Shown: positions 48,101 through 61,551 of the stretch, one piece after another
How the letters are laid out: every line of letters starts with the position of its first letter
How positions within the stretch are numbered: the stretch's first letter is position 1
DNA from: Lama guanicoe
Taxonomy: Eukaryota
NCBI GenBank assembly: GCA_013239625.1
Contig: MU056063.1
Location: 523,360 to 587,359, forward strand
Length of the DNA stretch: 64,000 nt
Reading direction: 5' to 3'
Notes under the pieces: model-generated
The model's database searches: none
Seen by the model: the letters and a program-made list of their open reading frames with translations, nothing else
Told to the model about the DNA's origin: nothing
Program-made: the position numbers and the translations under genes

Positions 48101-49734
48101 AGTCACGAGAACCAGGCTGTCTCCCAGTTATGGCGCAGAGCCACAGGGTGGCTGTGGGTCATTAATTTTCCCGTGGCAGACCTGCGTTTTCTGCACTGCT
48201 TCGGATTCAAATCCTGACTCCTGCTTGCTGCAGTGTGTCACCTTGAGCGACTTAACAAATCTCTCTGACTGCGTTCTCAGGAATGTAAATTGGTAACAAT
48301 CAGTACCTATCCGGTAGCGAGAATTTAAAAAGTTAACGTGTGTGAATGTGACTAGAACTCAGTAGGTGTTCAGTGAATGCTAATTTCCATTAGTATTACT
48401 GTTTTAGGTTGTAGAAAAGGATATAAGGGATGGTCTCTGCATCCCAGAAGTTTTCCTATTCTGAGGTTAATTGATTTCTGGTCTACATGGTATCTAATGT
48501 TTTGACATTAGTAAGATTTCCTCTGCACATTTGGGGGCATTTCATTATTCGGCTTAAGATCAAGACTAACCAGTCATGCCAAGGGAGGGAGATTAAGGTC
48601 GTGGTCTCTTGTCAGAGTTGTAGTGAGATTAAACAATTCCGACCAGAAATACTTACCAGGCTTACAATGTTCTGGAGCCCTCCCCACCTTTTGCCATCTC
48701 TAGCATCTGGACACAAAATAGCAGGACACTGTAAGTCATTGCTATGTCTGGGTCATGTATGGAGGCTTAAACTCCTCTTGAGTATCCTCTGACCTACCTA
48801 GAACATCTGGTGGAGTTATATGAGTAATTTACAAAGCTCTAAGTCCCAAGGTCATATCCAAAAAAAAAGAGAGTGTATGCAGGGAGCATTGACCCTTGAG
48901 TGCAATTCTAATGTAATTCTGGCACCTTAAATTGTACCCCTCCCTCCACCTTTACTTCATTTCAAGGTTATGAAAAAAAATAAAGGACTGGTCTGTTAAA
49001 GGTCCTTCGTGTTCTGCCACTTAAAACAGTAATTTTCAAAGTGGTTATTTGTAAGGCTCTTGCCTAGAACTTTTCCCAGTATGTTTTTTTCATTCTGTCT
49101 TTGGCGTACTTTTGTCAGTCTGTGGTGTTAGCCCTTTAAGTTGGCAAACACTTGCTGGACAACCTCTGTTGGAGGAGGTGGTGTAGCTATGGTGAATATT
49201 CATCAAGGTGAGAACCCACAGTCCAGGCCCTTTGGGGTGGCTTTGAGGGAAGTGCTGGGGCAGAGATTCAGAGGAAATTCCCTTTGTGACACATATGAAT
49301 TCTGTAAACATCTTCAGGCTCTAGAAAGGTTTTACCCTTCCTCCTTATGGCAGCCCTCAGAGTTCCTCTGCCAACCCTGGGCTGAAAGGGGAGATGGGAG
49401 GCTGGGCTGGGACCTGGCCAGAGAGGATCAGTGGGTCTGGCCCTGAGAGACCTGGACTTGCCTTGATTGAGATGTCTTCATCCTCCAGTAGTGGAGGAGA
49501 GGTAGGGATCTCCCTGTGGAGAGAGTTACAGTGCCTTGAATATGGGAAGAAAGGGGGTATGAGGATTGCCAAGTCATACAGCTGGCACTGGTTGTGATCT
49601 TGTCACTAAGCAGGAGGAAGAGGGCAGACAGCCAAGGATAATGTTCCTCTCTTAGAATCCAGGCATTGGGACACCCACTCTAGGACCCCAGTGAGGCCGT
49701 TAAACACACAGACTGTTAGCTACCTGCACTGCTA

Positions 49735-49880
49735 CCCATTAGTCATGTGACCATGGCAAGTAAATTCTCTGCCTCAGTTTCCTCATCTGTAAAGGGGAGA
49801 GTTGAGAGTTGCTACTTCATAGGGCTGTTGTCAGGAGACTCAACCAATGTATGTGAAGCCCCTGGAGAAGGTGTCTGTGT
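49735..49880. mobile_element. MIR SINE
   Basis: CTCTGCCTCAGTTTCCTCATCTGTAAA core. Confidence 0.7.
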
Positions 49881-50050
49881 CTAGTCCATGGCTGGTGTGA
49901 TCTCCTCTCTTACTGCATTTAACAACTAGCTGAAGGCCTACTGTGCAGATGCCACATGTCTCAAAGGAAGCTTGTGTCACGTGTCAGAGCTGCCATCTGG
50001 GCCAAGCTCTTTCAGACTTCTCCCGTTGCTGATAAAGAATGGGGGGCCAG

Positions 50051-50152
50051 GGGGTAGGGGGTATAGCTCAGTGGTAGAGTGTATGCTTAGCACTCATGAG
50101 GTCCTGGGTTCAATCCCCGGTACCTCCATTAACAAAATACAGACAAACAAAC
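50051..50152 (+). mobile_element. Vic-1-like SINE
   Basis: Head consensus; AAGAATG flanks. Confidence 0.88.
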
Positions 50153-52344
50153 AAGAATGAGGGAGCTGCAGGAAATAGGCCTGCTGCTGGGGACCTGGAG
50201 GTGGGGGGCTACAGTGTGAGGCTCAGGGCATGTGCATGGGCTTGTTGGCCTTGGAGTGAGAGGCCTGGGCCTCACCCAGACACTGACTGCCCCCAAGATC
50301 TTTGGGGAGTCACTGTCTCTGGGCCCGTGAGCCTAGGGGTCCCTCACCTACCCTCACCTCGAAGAGAATGGAACAAGACAGCCAGCCTGCCATGTGCTGC
50401 TGAACACCAACGTGGGTGCTGTGGATTTGGAGTTTTCTTGGAGACATTTCCACCCCTTACTAACTCAGTGGGTGGAGTTAAATTGCTAAGAGCTGAGAAA
50501 AGCTGACCCAACAGGCCCTCCAGACCAGAGGGCAGGGAAATGCCTCTGAGGTCACCATTCACTGAGCAGGAAGTAAGCATCCTGGAAAGGGTCTGCCTGG
50601 GGGAGGCAGGGCTGCAGTGGGGAGTGGGAACACTGTGGAGCCAGACCAGGGTCCAAGGCAAGCAGTTTCAGAGGCCATCTGTTAGGACTTGGATGGGAGC
50701 AGCAAGGAGGAACATCCAGGGAAGAGAAGGTGGCAGCCTTTGAATAAAGCACCACCCCTTCCCCACCCTCCACTCCCCTCCCCTCGGCTGAATGAGGCAG
50801 CAGTAATATCTACGATGTTTACTGTGCACCAGACACCACTGCAGGGGCTCTGCCTGCATTATCTCACATGAAGCTCTCAATAAACCTCTCCTGACGTACT
50901 TTGACCTTACTTTACAGACGGAAACCAAGGCACAGACAATGCAGCCAGAGTTAAACCAGTGAAGAACCCAACAAAGTTGAGTCTGTAAATGCTTTTTCCC
51001 TGGCTGTCAGTAAGTGCAGGGGCAAATACGATGCCCTGAGACAGTGACTCCTATTTGCACTTAAGTTAACACATTCATTTCCCCCTTTTTCCCTCTTTAT
51101 TTTTATTAACTCTGTTGCTTTTACAGCCTGAATTTTAAGCCTTACCAAACCCCGTTGGAATAGAAAAGGGAGTTTCAAGGAGACCTGACTCCGAGATCGC
51201 CCCCATTTTCCCCAGAGGAAGAAGAGGCAGGAAGTCAAGGTACATGTTCTTCCCAGAAATAAAGTTTATACAGTGCCCTGACCGTGTTTTAGAGTTACCG
51301 CAAACTCTGTTCTCTTGAGATGTCACAAGAAAGGAAATCTGTCTTGTCAGTTCCTACAGAAATAGGTTTGAAATAATGCCTCAAGTAAGGACCACACATG
51401 GCCATCACCACCAGCAGTTTCCCACCTGCTGTGTCTCCAGACATTTCCTCACTCCCCATCAAACAGGACTGGCCACCCAGCGTCCAGGGCTCTGCCCTCA
51501 CTAAGTCCTGGGAAAGCGCCAGACAGAGAGGCTGAGTAGGAACGGGACGCTTTCAAGCACCCACACAGCCAAGCTCTGACGTGGTCGCTGCTTGAGAGCG
51601 GCCTCGGGCCAGCGTCCTGCAGCAATAAAGAGCTGGACTTACGTTGTGCCAGGCAAACAGGTTGGACCCTTCCTCCACCGCCACAAGGGGTAGGGACTGG
51701 CCCATCCACTCCAGACCTTATGTGCCTCCTCCCTGGTCTCTCCCCTTTGGTTTTGAGTTCACACACTTGGGCGTGAGGTGGTGCCAGACAGAGGGGGCAG
51801 AGGCACAGTTCTCAGAGCTTGAAATGGTCCTGAAGTCTCTGCTGCTCCTTTGAGCCAGCTTCTGGACAGCCCGGGGATCCTGAATGCTTCTTCAGAGGGG
51901 CCTCCCTGGGGACCTCACCAGGGACTTCATTTCCCTCCCCCGGGGCCCAGCTCTCTCAGCTCCTCCCAGGAAAGTGGGGAAGAAAGACAACTTGCTGGAA
52001 ACTCAGGAACTGTGTGTCATGAAGATTCTGTGGCAGAAGGGAGGAGGGGGCAGCTCATTGCCACCACACGCCGGGACATGTGGCTTTAGCCCGAGAAAGT
52101 GAGTGGGCAGCCGGACATGAGTCATGCACATGGCCATTCCACAGAGGAGGTGGAGGGCAGTGACCCTGGGTGCCCTGATCCTTCCCCAAGCTCTTCATTT
52201 CTTCACTCATTCAACAAGTAGTCTAGTATGATTCTGGCAGATCAACAACATTGACCATCACGTGTCCTCACAAAACACAAACTCCTTCATCTAGAATTTC
52301 ACACTGAGGACCAGCCGTGAACACAACAGCCAAGGAGGCAAGGC

Positions 52345-52450
52345 GGGGAGGGGTATAGCTCAGTGGTACAGCGCATGCTTAGCATGTATGAGGTCCTGGG
52401 TTCCATCCCCAGTACCTCCATTTAAAAATAATAATAAAAACTTAAAAAAA
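52345..52450 (+). mobile_element. Vic-1-like SINE
   Basis: TSD AGC(C/T)AAGGAGGCAA. Confidence 0.9.
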
Positions 52451-52909
52451 AGCTAAGGAGGCAAAGTCAACCTTACACTGGCTGCTGCCAGAACTCCCAC
52501 TCCTGTCCTGACCCACACAGTCCATGGCCCAGGTCACTCTTATTTGTCCTCCTTCTCTCAGCAAACATTTCCACCCAACTCCGCTCGGCCTCCTGCTCTC
52601 CGTGGCCACCCCTACCCCCACCCCACCCCCAGCCGGCTCAGGACCCCTCACCCTCTTCGAGAAGAGCCTCCTCAGAGCTCAGTGGGTAAAGCCAGAGAAA
52701 AAGCTACCTGTCAGGGGAGCAGCCAGAACCTGGGCCTGCACCTTAGCTTCACAGGCCCAGAAATGCAGGTGTTCAGGGGCTCAGAGGGGCTTCAGCTGTT
52801 GGGAGCTGCCTCACAGGAAACTGAGGTTCCAGAAGGAACCCAGTTGCTTTGTTTATCAGTGGGAAAATCCATTGCTAATAATGGAGACCCTCCTGCCCTC
52901 TCTGCATAG

Positions 52910-53050
52910 AGCCTGGCTCCTCAAAGTGGGGTCTGTGGACCAGCACCGAGGCCACTGGGTAGTCTCAGGCCCCACCCAGACTTGCTGAACCAGAATCTGC
53001 ATTTTCACAAGGTCCCCTGGGGTCCATGGGTGCCTTGCAGTTTGAGAGGC
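52910..53050. mobile_element. MER5A
   Basis: CTCAAAGTG...TCAGGCCCCACCCAGAC...AGAATCTGCATTTT. Confidence 0.75.
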
Positions 53051-53074
53051 AATTATAAGAAGAATAATGACCTT

Positions 53075-53465
53075 CATCATTCTAAGTGAAGTAAGCCAGA
53101 GAGAGAAAGAAAAATCCCATATGATACCACTTATATGTGGAATCTAAAAAAAAAAGACACAAATGAACTTATTTACAAAACAGAAAGACTCACAGACATA
53201 GAAAACAGGGCAGGGAAGGGGGTGGGAAGGGATAAATGGGGAGTTCAAGATTTGCACATACTAACTGCTATAGATAAAATAGATAAAGAACAAGTTTCTA
53301 CTGTGTAGCACAGGGAACTATATTCAACACCTTATAGTAACTTGTATTGAAAAAGAATATGAAAACAAATATGTGTGTGTATATGTATGACTGAAACATG
53401 ATGCTGTACACCAGAAATTGACACTCTCTTGTAAACTGACTGCACTTCAATTAAAAAAAAAAAAG
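53075..53465 (+). mobile_element. Artiodactyl-type L1 3' end
   Basis: ATCATTCTAAGTGAAGTAAGCCAGA...poly(A); AAGAAGAAT flanks. Confidence 0.88.
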
Positions 53466-53599
53466 AAGAATGATCTTGTTATCTGGGAAGTTTAGAAACA
53501 GTATGTGAATACATTCTTTTTCCATCAGATGTGGAAAAACCACCGTTCTTTTCTATTTTGAATCTTACTTGCCTGAGGAAGAACTCCTACCATTTTAGC

Positions 53600-53800
53600 T
53601 AAGGAGCAGTTCAGCACGGAGGCTCTGGGGTCAGACCATGTGAAATTAGAATCCTGCTCTGCCATTTCCCTGCTATGACCTTGGGCAACTCACTTCTCTG
53701 TAACTCACGTGCCTCCTCCGTAAAGTGGAGATAATAGGGTTGTTACAAGGATTAAATGAGTAAAGTGCTTAGCCTGGCATTTAGCAACTTCTCAATACTC
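53600..53800. mobile_element. MIR SINE
   Basis: GGCTCTGGGGTCAGAC...TGACCTTGGGCAAC...GGATTAAATGAG. Confidence 0.7.
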
Positions 53801-56170
53801 TTAGATACTAATTGGATTAGGGTGTCCCCCAATTTTCTACACACTGCACTTACCATCTGTTAGGATGCAATGCTTCCAGAGTTGGTGGTCTCTGCCATGA
53901 GGCACAGATTCCTCCCAGTTTTATTTTCCAAAAGTGACTTTATTCCTGGGGGCAACCTACTGGTTAGCCCAAAATACATTCATTTCAGGACTGGCCATTT
54001 AATTGATTCCATACCCACCATCTACAGGGAACTGGACTTTTTAACTGAGACCTTGGATCACGCCTCTGAAGATGAACTAGAAAAACCTGAAATATGTGCA
54101 TAGGGCTCTAACCTGGTTCCAGGTACCTTCAGAAGGGTTGTTTCATTTCATCTTCACACCTGGGTGATGTAGGCAGAGCAAGTATCATTACCCTACAGCA
54201 CAGGGAAATGCCAGGGAGCGCCCAGGACCACACGGTAGGTGGGAGAGCAGGGCCTGGAATGCTGGCACAGAGGCCCCCGCAGGCACAGGATGAATGAGTG
54301 ACTCCAAACCCAAAGTTCTTCCCACCACCCTGGGTGGCCTCCGATGTAAACCAGACGAGCGACTTTCAGGGGTGCAGTTTTCAGGCCAGATGAGGGAGAA
54401 AGAGCAAAAGGAGAGACCTCTATTGCAATGCTCTGTTCCATCGACCCCATAAGAACTCATATTTATCAGATTTGCGTTCTGACTATTTAGTTCACAAAAT
54501 GTGGTCACTGAAACCATTAGGCTAAATAATATGTACTCATGTCAGAAACTGCACCATACAGAAGAGTTTCGAGTTAAAAGTACCCCTGCTTAGAACCCCA
54601 ATTTTCTAATCTAACTCCCCAAATTGTTATTAACAGTTCCTTGTGAACTCATCACATCACTTAATTGTAAATTTTATATGCCAATCATACCTCAACAAAG
54701 TGATTTTAAAAAGAAATTCCTTGTCATACACACCGTAAACATAGAATTATTTCTATTTTTGTATAATATAAATTTATACCATTTTTCCTTTTTTTAAAAT
54801 CAAGTGAAATCCTACCACGCAGTTTCACAACGTGTTCTTTTCATGAAACATTGTCTTAAATACTTTTGCCTGTCGTTGCATACAGAGCTCCCTAGTTGGT
54901 TTCTTTTCAAATCTGCATAATATTTCTTTTAAGAGCTGCGCAATAGTCCATCATAAGGTGTGTGTGTGTCCTGGTAGGAGTTGGGACACTGGCTACAAGA
55001 ATGTTCTCATTTATACGATGTTGCCCGACTGTACCAGTTAAACGCCCACCTATCAGCCTATAAGAGAAAATGGCCATTTCAAGACTGGGGACGTTTTAGG
55101 TCTCCTTCCAGTCACACGGGGTCAGGGGCCTCACGGCCCACCTACGCCTCCTTCATCAGTATCCACCTCCCTCTTTAGCATCACTCAAATCCCAGTCAGA
55201 TAGAGACCCTTTGACTCTCATCCCCAGCAGGCTTTTTTTTCTCCCCTTCCCCTTCCAGCTCTTTACCTGTCATTCCTGCAGAGACCTGACTTTCCCTTCA
55301 CACTGTCCCTCCCAATCTAGCCCAGTCCTATCTCCTTCATCCAGCCCTCGCCCCTTCCCGCCCAGCGCTCCCCAGAACAGCCTCCCCCGGCCCAGCTGCG
55401 AACACAGCTCCTTCCCCTCGCGGTGTTTGCTTTTCCAGTGGCGTCATCATCATCCTCAGGTCACCTCCTGGCTTGTTGATGTTCCTACTTCCGTAAGGCC
55501 CGGTTGGCTGGGTTCTTGCCACAGGATCAATGTGGGCAACCAGCCCCTGAAGAGATACACACTGCCACGAAGAACCTTAAATCTGTAGTTACTGCCTGCC
55601 TCAGCCAAGGCTGGCTGAGAACTTGCTGCCAAGGACTCTGATGATTAACCCGGTCCTCGCCGCCCCCTCCCTTCCTCGTGGTTACCCACTTTTACTTCCT
55701 GTCTGTCTGCTTGTGCCTGGGGACCAATCAGAGCGCTTCACTGCTGTTGACAACCCTCTGGACAACATCTACTACCAGTTCTGATGGGGGCCTCTGATAG
55801 GGAAGGAGCGAGGAACACAGGACAGAGGAAAAAGGGATGAATGCTGGTGCTGTGGGTCCCAACCCTGAGCTGAGAACACCCTTGCTGTTCCCAGAGAGTG
55901 CCTCATCTGGCCAGCTCCCCGATTTCCCTCTGCTGCCCAACCCCAAGAATGAAGATGACAGACAGTAGGGGAACCCAGGACCGGGCACAAGATGAGGGCC
56001 AAGGGGATGCAGCTGATGTGAAATCCAAGATTAGGATCTCCGTCTACCACTCCCACCTCATCTGGGTCCTTCATTTTATCTTCTCTCCTTCGCAGCTTTA
56101 GAATATCTCTCATCACTGTCTCCTTTCCTTCTTTTTGCCATCAAATTTTCACAAGTTTTCTTTTGTTAAC

Positions 56171-56825
56171 TGTCACTGAAACCCAGCAGGACCTGCCAGG
56201 TCTCCTGGGTATCAGAGCCCTTCTGTGTCCTCATTTGTTGTTTGTAGAAAATGGCTTTAGTCTCCTAGACCTTCCCTGAGTTCCAAAAAGCAGGAACTGG
56301 CAGTTACTTATTAGGGAAGTGAGGGAACAAAAGGAAAAAGAAAAGCAGTTAACAAGAAAAGTAATGACAATAGTTCAGCGATAAAACACAGACCGAGTTC
56401 GTCCTTGAGGGATAGAATATCCATGACAATCTGACAGTATCTTTGAGTTGTTCTACAGGAACTTAAACACCCCCACCCCCGCCCAGGCAGAGGATGGTGA
56501 CTACAGGCTGAACCCAGGCATGTAGATCCCGGACTGGTTAGAACCAGAAGGTTGATGATCAAGACTCCTGAGACATCACCCTGTTACCTCACCACCAACC
56601 AATCAGAAGAAAGTCACCACCCTGCAACCCTCACCCCAAAAGTTGCCTCTAAAACCCCCTCCCTGAAAGCCATCAGGGAGTTCAGGTCTTCTGAGCACGA
56701 GCCGCCAGCGCTCCTTGCTTGGTGCCCTGCAAGTAAACGCTGTACTTTCCTTCACCACAACCTGGTGTCGGTAAATTGTCTTTGCTGCCTGGCAGGGGAG
56801 CTAAGAGTTGACGTCATTTCCAACT
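56171..56825 (+). mobile_element. Solo ERV1-type LTR
   Basis: Starts TGTCAC; contains CCAATCAG, a TATA-like CTCTAAAACC and a polyA-like AGTAAA. Resembles MER41-like artiodactyl LTRs; the 3' end is uncertain. Confidence 0.7.
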
Positions 56826-59217
56826 ACTATGGGCTCCTTGAGATAACAGTCTATACCCCCTTACCTTCCTCTCCACCCATGCCATCTTCTTGACTCTGAA
56901 ATATGTGGCCGACTTCTCCACACCTGCCAAAATCCCTGCCACTATCTCACTCCAAATCCTCTGCAGTCGATGATGTCCGTGGACCTCTTTCTGAAGGTTG
57001 TCCTCCCTGCTGACCTCTCTGTGTTCTCCCCCTCTCCAATTCCACATCAGTCTTCTTCCCTCATTTCTCTTTCCCCTTTCCTGTCTGCATCCCCACCCCC
57101 ATCTCCCTTGGGAGTCTCCATGTAATCCACTGCTGCCCTGAATCACCACCTCCGAGTCCACAGTTCTAAATGCCAGCTGCTTATTTTTTCCATCACATGT
57201 ACCACATTTAAACCAAAATTTCTCAACTTCTCAACCACCCCACCCCAAGCAGCCACCTTCTCATGACTTCCCCATTTCCATCACGTTAGCTTAGTCTCTG
57301 AGATGCTCAAGCCTAGGGTCTTGGATCCTTCAGTATCCACACTGCTGTCTTTACATCTTTCAACCTTTCTCCAGAATTGGTTCCTCTTTTCAGCCCTGCC
57401 CCCCAACCCCACCTTTCCTGGATTGTTCTCCACCTGCATCATCATTCCCTTATGCAAACATCTCAGAGGTGCCCCCTGCTGCGTGTGGAATGAAGCCCAG
57501 CCTCCCAAAACTTCTCCAGGGTGTTCCCTCCTGTCCTTCCCCATCTAGAACATTCTTCCCTAGTCTCCATCCCAACATTCCTCTTCCAGCGAGGCTCAGG
57601 GTGCACCTCACCTCCACACATTCTTCTAACATGACCTCTGTGGGCGATCTCTCATCTAAACTCCAAAATAGAATGTCTGTCCAGTCCACACGCTGGGTGA
57701 GTCTGGCGCGCTTAGCCCTCTCAGCCTGTGTGCGTGTCTTGTTTTCCCAGTGATGTTAGAAGCTCCCGGAGTATCTTTCTTCATGCCTTGCTAGGATGTG
57801 GCTGGTAAATTCATAAGCTCAGGGGGAGTCTAGGAAGACAAATACATGAGGTAGAAAGGGGACCAGGGAGGTGTGCGATGTAACAGAGTGAGAGGTCCTG
57901 TGTGGGCCAACCAAAACCCTTTGCAGGGGGGGTGGCCCTGGGGGCCACCAGTTTGAGACCCTCACCCAGGTGTCTCGCCCTAGTGAGCTAGTCCATGATT
58001 TCCTCTTTGACTCCCCAGAGATCGCAGTGGGGCCCTTAGCATCTGGCAGAGGGAAGAAGGGCAAAGTGACCTGATTTCCAGGGCCTGGAGTAGAAGGAGC
58101 AACCGGTCTCAGCCGCCCAGAGGTGTCACCTCCTCTTCTCACCCAGCCGGCTGTGCGGCTCCTGATGTCAGGTGCTACCCCCTGGCTCTAGCTTCCTGTG
58201 AGATCTAACCAGCAGCTTTTCTCACTTGCATACTAAAGAGCGGCCGGCACCTCCCGCTCATGACCCAATCAGAACCAGGCAGACCAAGTTCACCCAGAGA
58301 GCACCTGCTGCAGGGCTGCACCTGCATCCTCTGACGCACTGGCTGAGCCTCCTTTATGCACTGACTTGGGTGGTAGAAGGACACAGGGCTGACGGGCGAG
58401 GAGGGAGTGGGGTGGAGACAGAAGGACCGGGAGGAGAAAGGCAAAGACAGAGAGAAAGATGTGGGGGCGGGCGGGGGCTGGGGGGCTGGTTGTCAAAGAG
58501 CATATGGAAACCCAGTTTTGACTCCTCTTGTGGCCACTCTCCCATCCCTGCCCCTCCCCTCACTCCCTCATCCCTAAGTCCAGCCACTCAACCTCAGCCT
58601 CACCCTTATTCCCCAGCCTCCAGCCTCACCCCACGTCCAACCCGCCCACACGGGGGCCCAGATTCATCTGCTAGACAGTGGCTTTCGGGAAATCTTCCCC
58701 CACGGTTCCCTACAGGACACAATCCAGATGGTTCTGGGTGGCGGAGGCCTCTCCACGACAGGAGCCCTCCTCTGTCCATCCAGTTTCATTTTCCACTGAT
58801 TCACGACAGGGAAAAAAAAAATCTCTGTCCACTCTGGCTCTTCACCACCACCTCCCTTCCAAGCTCAGAAGGCAACAGCCTTGCTCGTCACCCGAGAAAG
58901 ATACCAACTTCTTTACCAGTGTTAGCTGCCCCGACACATGTCCCCTCATTTCCCTCCTCATAGCAGGCCTGGGTGCAATTCGGTTATCCTATCTCCACGG
59001 CTGAGAAAGAACCGGGGCTCAGAAGGAGTCAGCCACGTCCCAGCCACGGGGCTTGTGAGCAGAGGGCCACTGTCTCGGTTGAGCCCCCTCTGTGGTCCCA
59101 CGCCTTCCCGCTTTACCGGACTCAAATGAACACCAGGAGCTCCCGGTGAACAAGGGCCAGGTTCTCTGTCTTGTGTGACAAACAGTGAGACAATTTAGAT
59201 ACACAGTGAAGAGCAGC

Positions 59218-59428
59218 CTTAACTTAATTACCTCCATCCCCCCAGCAAAATCAAACAAACAAACAAAGAAAAAGAAGGGGGAGAGTAAAGCTGAAGTGTA
59301 GAGCTCATGCTTAGCATGTAGGAGGACCTGGGTTCAATCCCCAGTCGTTCCATTAAAAACAAACAAACAAACAACCAACCTAATCCCCTACCCCCTGCCA
59401 AAACCCACAAACTTTAAAAAAAAAAAAA
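59218..59428 (+). mobile_element. Vic-1-like SINE (59277-59428) preceded by an orphan SINE tail (59218-59276)
   Basis: CTTAATTACCTCC...CAAACAAAC tail followed by a second, diverged head and tail. Confidence 0.8.
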
Positions 59429-60049
59429 TCAATGCCGGGCCAATCTGATCGGTGCTCCAGCAACTCCAGTCCTCAGAGCCTGCTTCTAAACACACCTCGA
59501 AGTCCAGATTTAGCATCTTGATTTCTTCAATTGTGAGATTTCTGTACAAAGTGAAGAGATAACTGAGTTTGGGAAATTCACTATGGAATTCCAGTCCCTG
59601 CTCCCTGCACCTGGGCAGCTCCTGCCATCCCGGCTGGGCCCCCAGCAGCCGGCGCTGGCCCGGCCCCACCTCTCCCCGCAGCAGCCCTCGGCCACTCCCT
59701 GCCCGGTGACCACCAGGAAGAGCTGACCCCCATGGACCCCCCCCAGAGCAGCCCTTCATCTCTTCCATCTGCACAACGCACTCCTGCGGCCGGCTTTTCC
59801 CGGCCAGGCTCCCTCCAGCACTCGGCTGAGCAGCCAGCAACACGAAAAGCAATGCGGTCAGTGGAGTGAGAGCGATCACAAAGGTACACACAGCGTAGAC
59901 CTGAGGACATCTTCATGGGGGTGGCCATGTTAAAGGAATGAAGAAAAGATAGAAAAGATTGAACTAGGAAGCTGCAAGGGGCAGGCCTGGGCTCAGTATC
60001 GCTCAGAGCCTGACAGCACATAGTCACTAAGTCACTAAGAGTTTATTTA

Positions 60050-60138
60050 AAAAAATTTTTAAATGGGGTACTGGGAAATGAACCCAGGATCTTGTGGGTA
60101 CCAGGCACATGCTCTCCCAAGGAGTTACACTCGCCCCC
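60050..60138 (-). mobile_element. Diverged Vic-1-like SINE
   Basis: GGGGTACTGGGAAATGAACCCAGG...GGCACATGCTCT (reverse head). Confidence 0.75.
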
Positions 60139-61551
60139 TCTGCTTCTTATCAAGGCTAGGACCCTCGTGGTCTGCACTTCCGAGCTGGCCCAGGCCCTCA
60201 TTTGCTTACAGCGTAATCCTAATTGGATCCTGGCTGGAAGGGAATCTCTTCTCCCTTTATATGTTCAGACCATGACTTTCCACCTGCAAGTCCCAACAAA
60301 ACCCTTAGGAATCAAATGGAATAAAATGAAACAAAAGAGAAAATACCAGAGTGCTTCCATCAGAGTAAGTATTATTTTTTGAAACCCTTGACTCGGTTAT
60401 ACACGTGTGTAGATGGGTCATAATGTAAAAAAATATTTCTTACTGAGGGTCGTGGTTTTGAAAGTTTAAGAAACATGGCTTTAAGGGAAAACACCCATCT
60501 GTCAACTATTAAACAAAAACTGTCAAAAGTTGCATCTTGTTTTCAAGGTAAAGAAAAAAGCAAGACTTGGCTCCTACGCTTAAGAAGCTTCGAATCTGGG
60601 GGTGAAGAGACAAACACTGCACTGGGACAGGATGTGAAAAACCACACTGACAGAGGGGTGTGCCCAGTGCCTGCAGAGCCGAAGCCTTGCCCAGGGTCCC
60701 AGGGCTCCCAACTGGGGGTTGGGGGTGGTGAACACAGAGTTGCAGGGGCTGGTGTGGCTTCCCAGGGCAAGGGGCAGGGATGGAAAGATCAGAAGGGGCC
60801 AGCTGAGGACTTTACCCTGAGAGAGATGTAGGATTATTCCTGTTGTATCAAAAGGGGATGACATGGGGTTGGCTGCGGGGGGGTGGGACGGGACTATAGG
60901 AGCTTGAGGACCAGATGCTGTGTTTGTTCCTGGTTCAAGGATTTTTTGGATTTACCTGAATATGGTCTTGATGAAAACTGAAGATACAGTTAACCACTCA
61001 CTAGACTGATACAAATATCCATATTTTGCTTTTCTTTATGATTCCGTCTTGCTGTCCAAGTGGACCCAGCGTTGTGTCTGCCCACCAGGCGCGGCATCAG
61101 CCTGTTTTCCTCTCACTGTGCCCACCAAACATCCAACCCTCCAGCCCGGGAGAGGACAAGAACCCAGAGAAGTGCTTTCCTCAACACCTCCCTTTACACT
61201 CCCTGAGAGCTGCCTGCGAGCTGGCTGAGAATGACACCGCAGAGCTGACAGCCCAATTTTCAGCTCAGCAAACAGGGAGCGATCTCTCTTTCTGTTTGTA
61301 AAAGTAGAAATGGAAGAGAAAAACAAAAGCAACCAAAGGAGCTAGGATTTTATTTCTCCTTTATGCAAAACAGTTTTTGTCTATAGATTCAGAATATAGT
61401 GCCTGCCTTTTCCTAGCAGTCTCTCTGAGCCCCTCAATTGGAAAGGAACTGGTAAATATCTACCAAAGGGGCTAAATTTTAGGGGCTGGGAATTCACTCT
61501 TCTCCCATGATATTCACCTTGACTTTGAATTCTTTTTAAGAGGTCCCTAAA

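Noticed and set aside
47600-48300. Divergent lncRNA from the SLC20A1 CpG island
   Set aside because: Plausible by analogy with human, but the sequence alone gives no exon evidence.
50051-50130. tRNA-Ala genes
   Set aside because: All tRNA-like sequences have A-rich tails, often TSDs, and scattered substitutions, so they are SINE copies and not called as tRNA genes.
58226-58963. 245-aa ORF (and 46816..47472, 6070..6654, 52524..52988)
   Set aside because: Low-complexity Pro/Gly/Arg-rich or repeat-spanning translations with no recognisable domain; expected by chance in GC-rich DNA.
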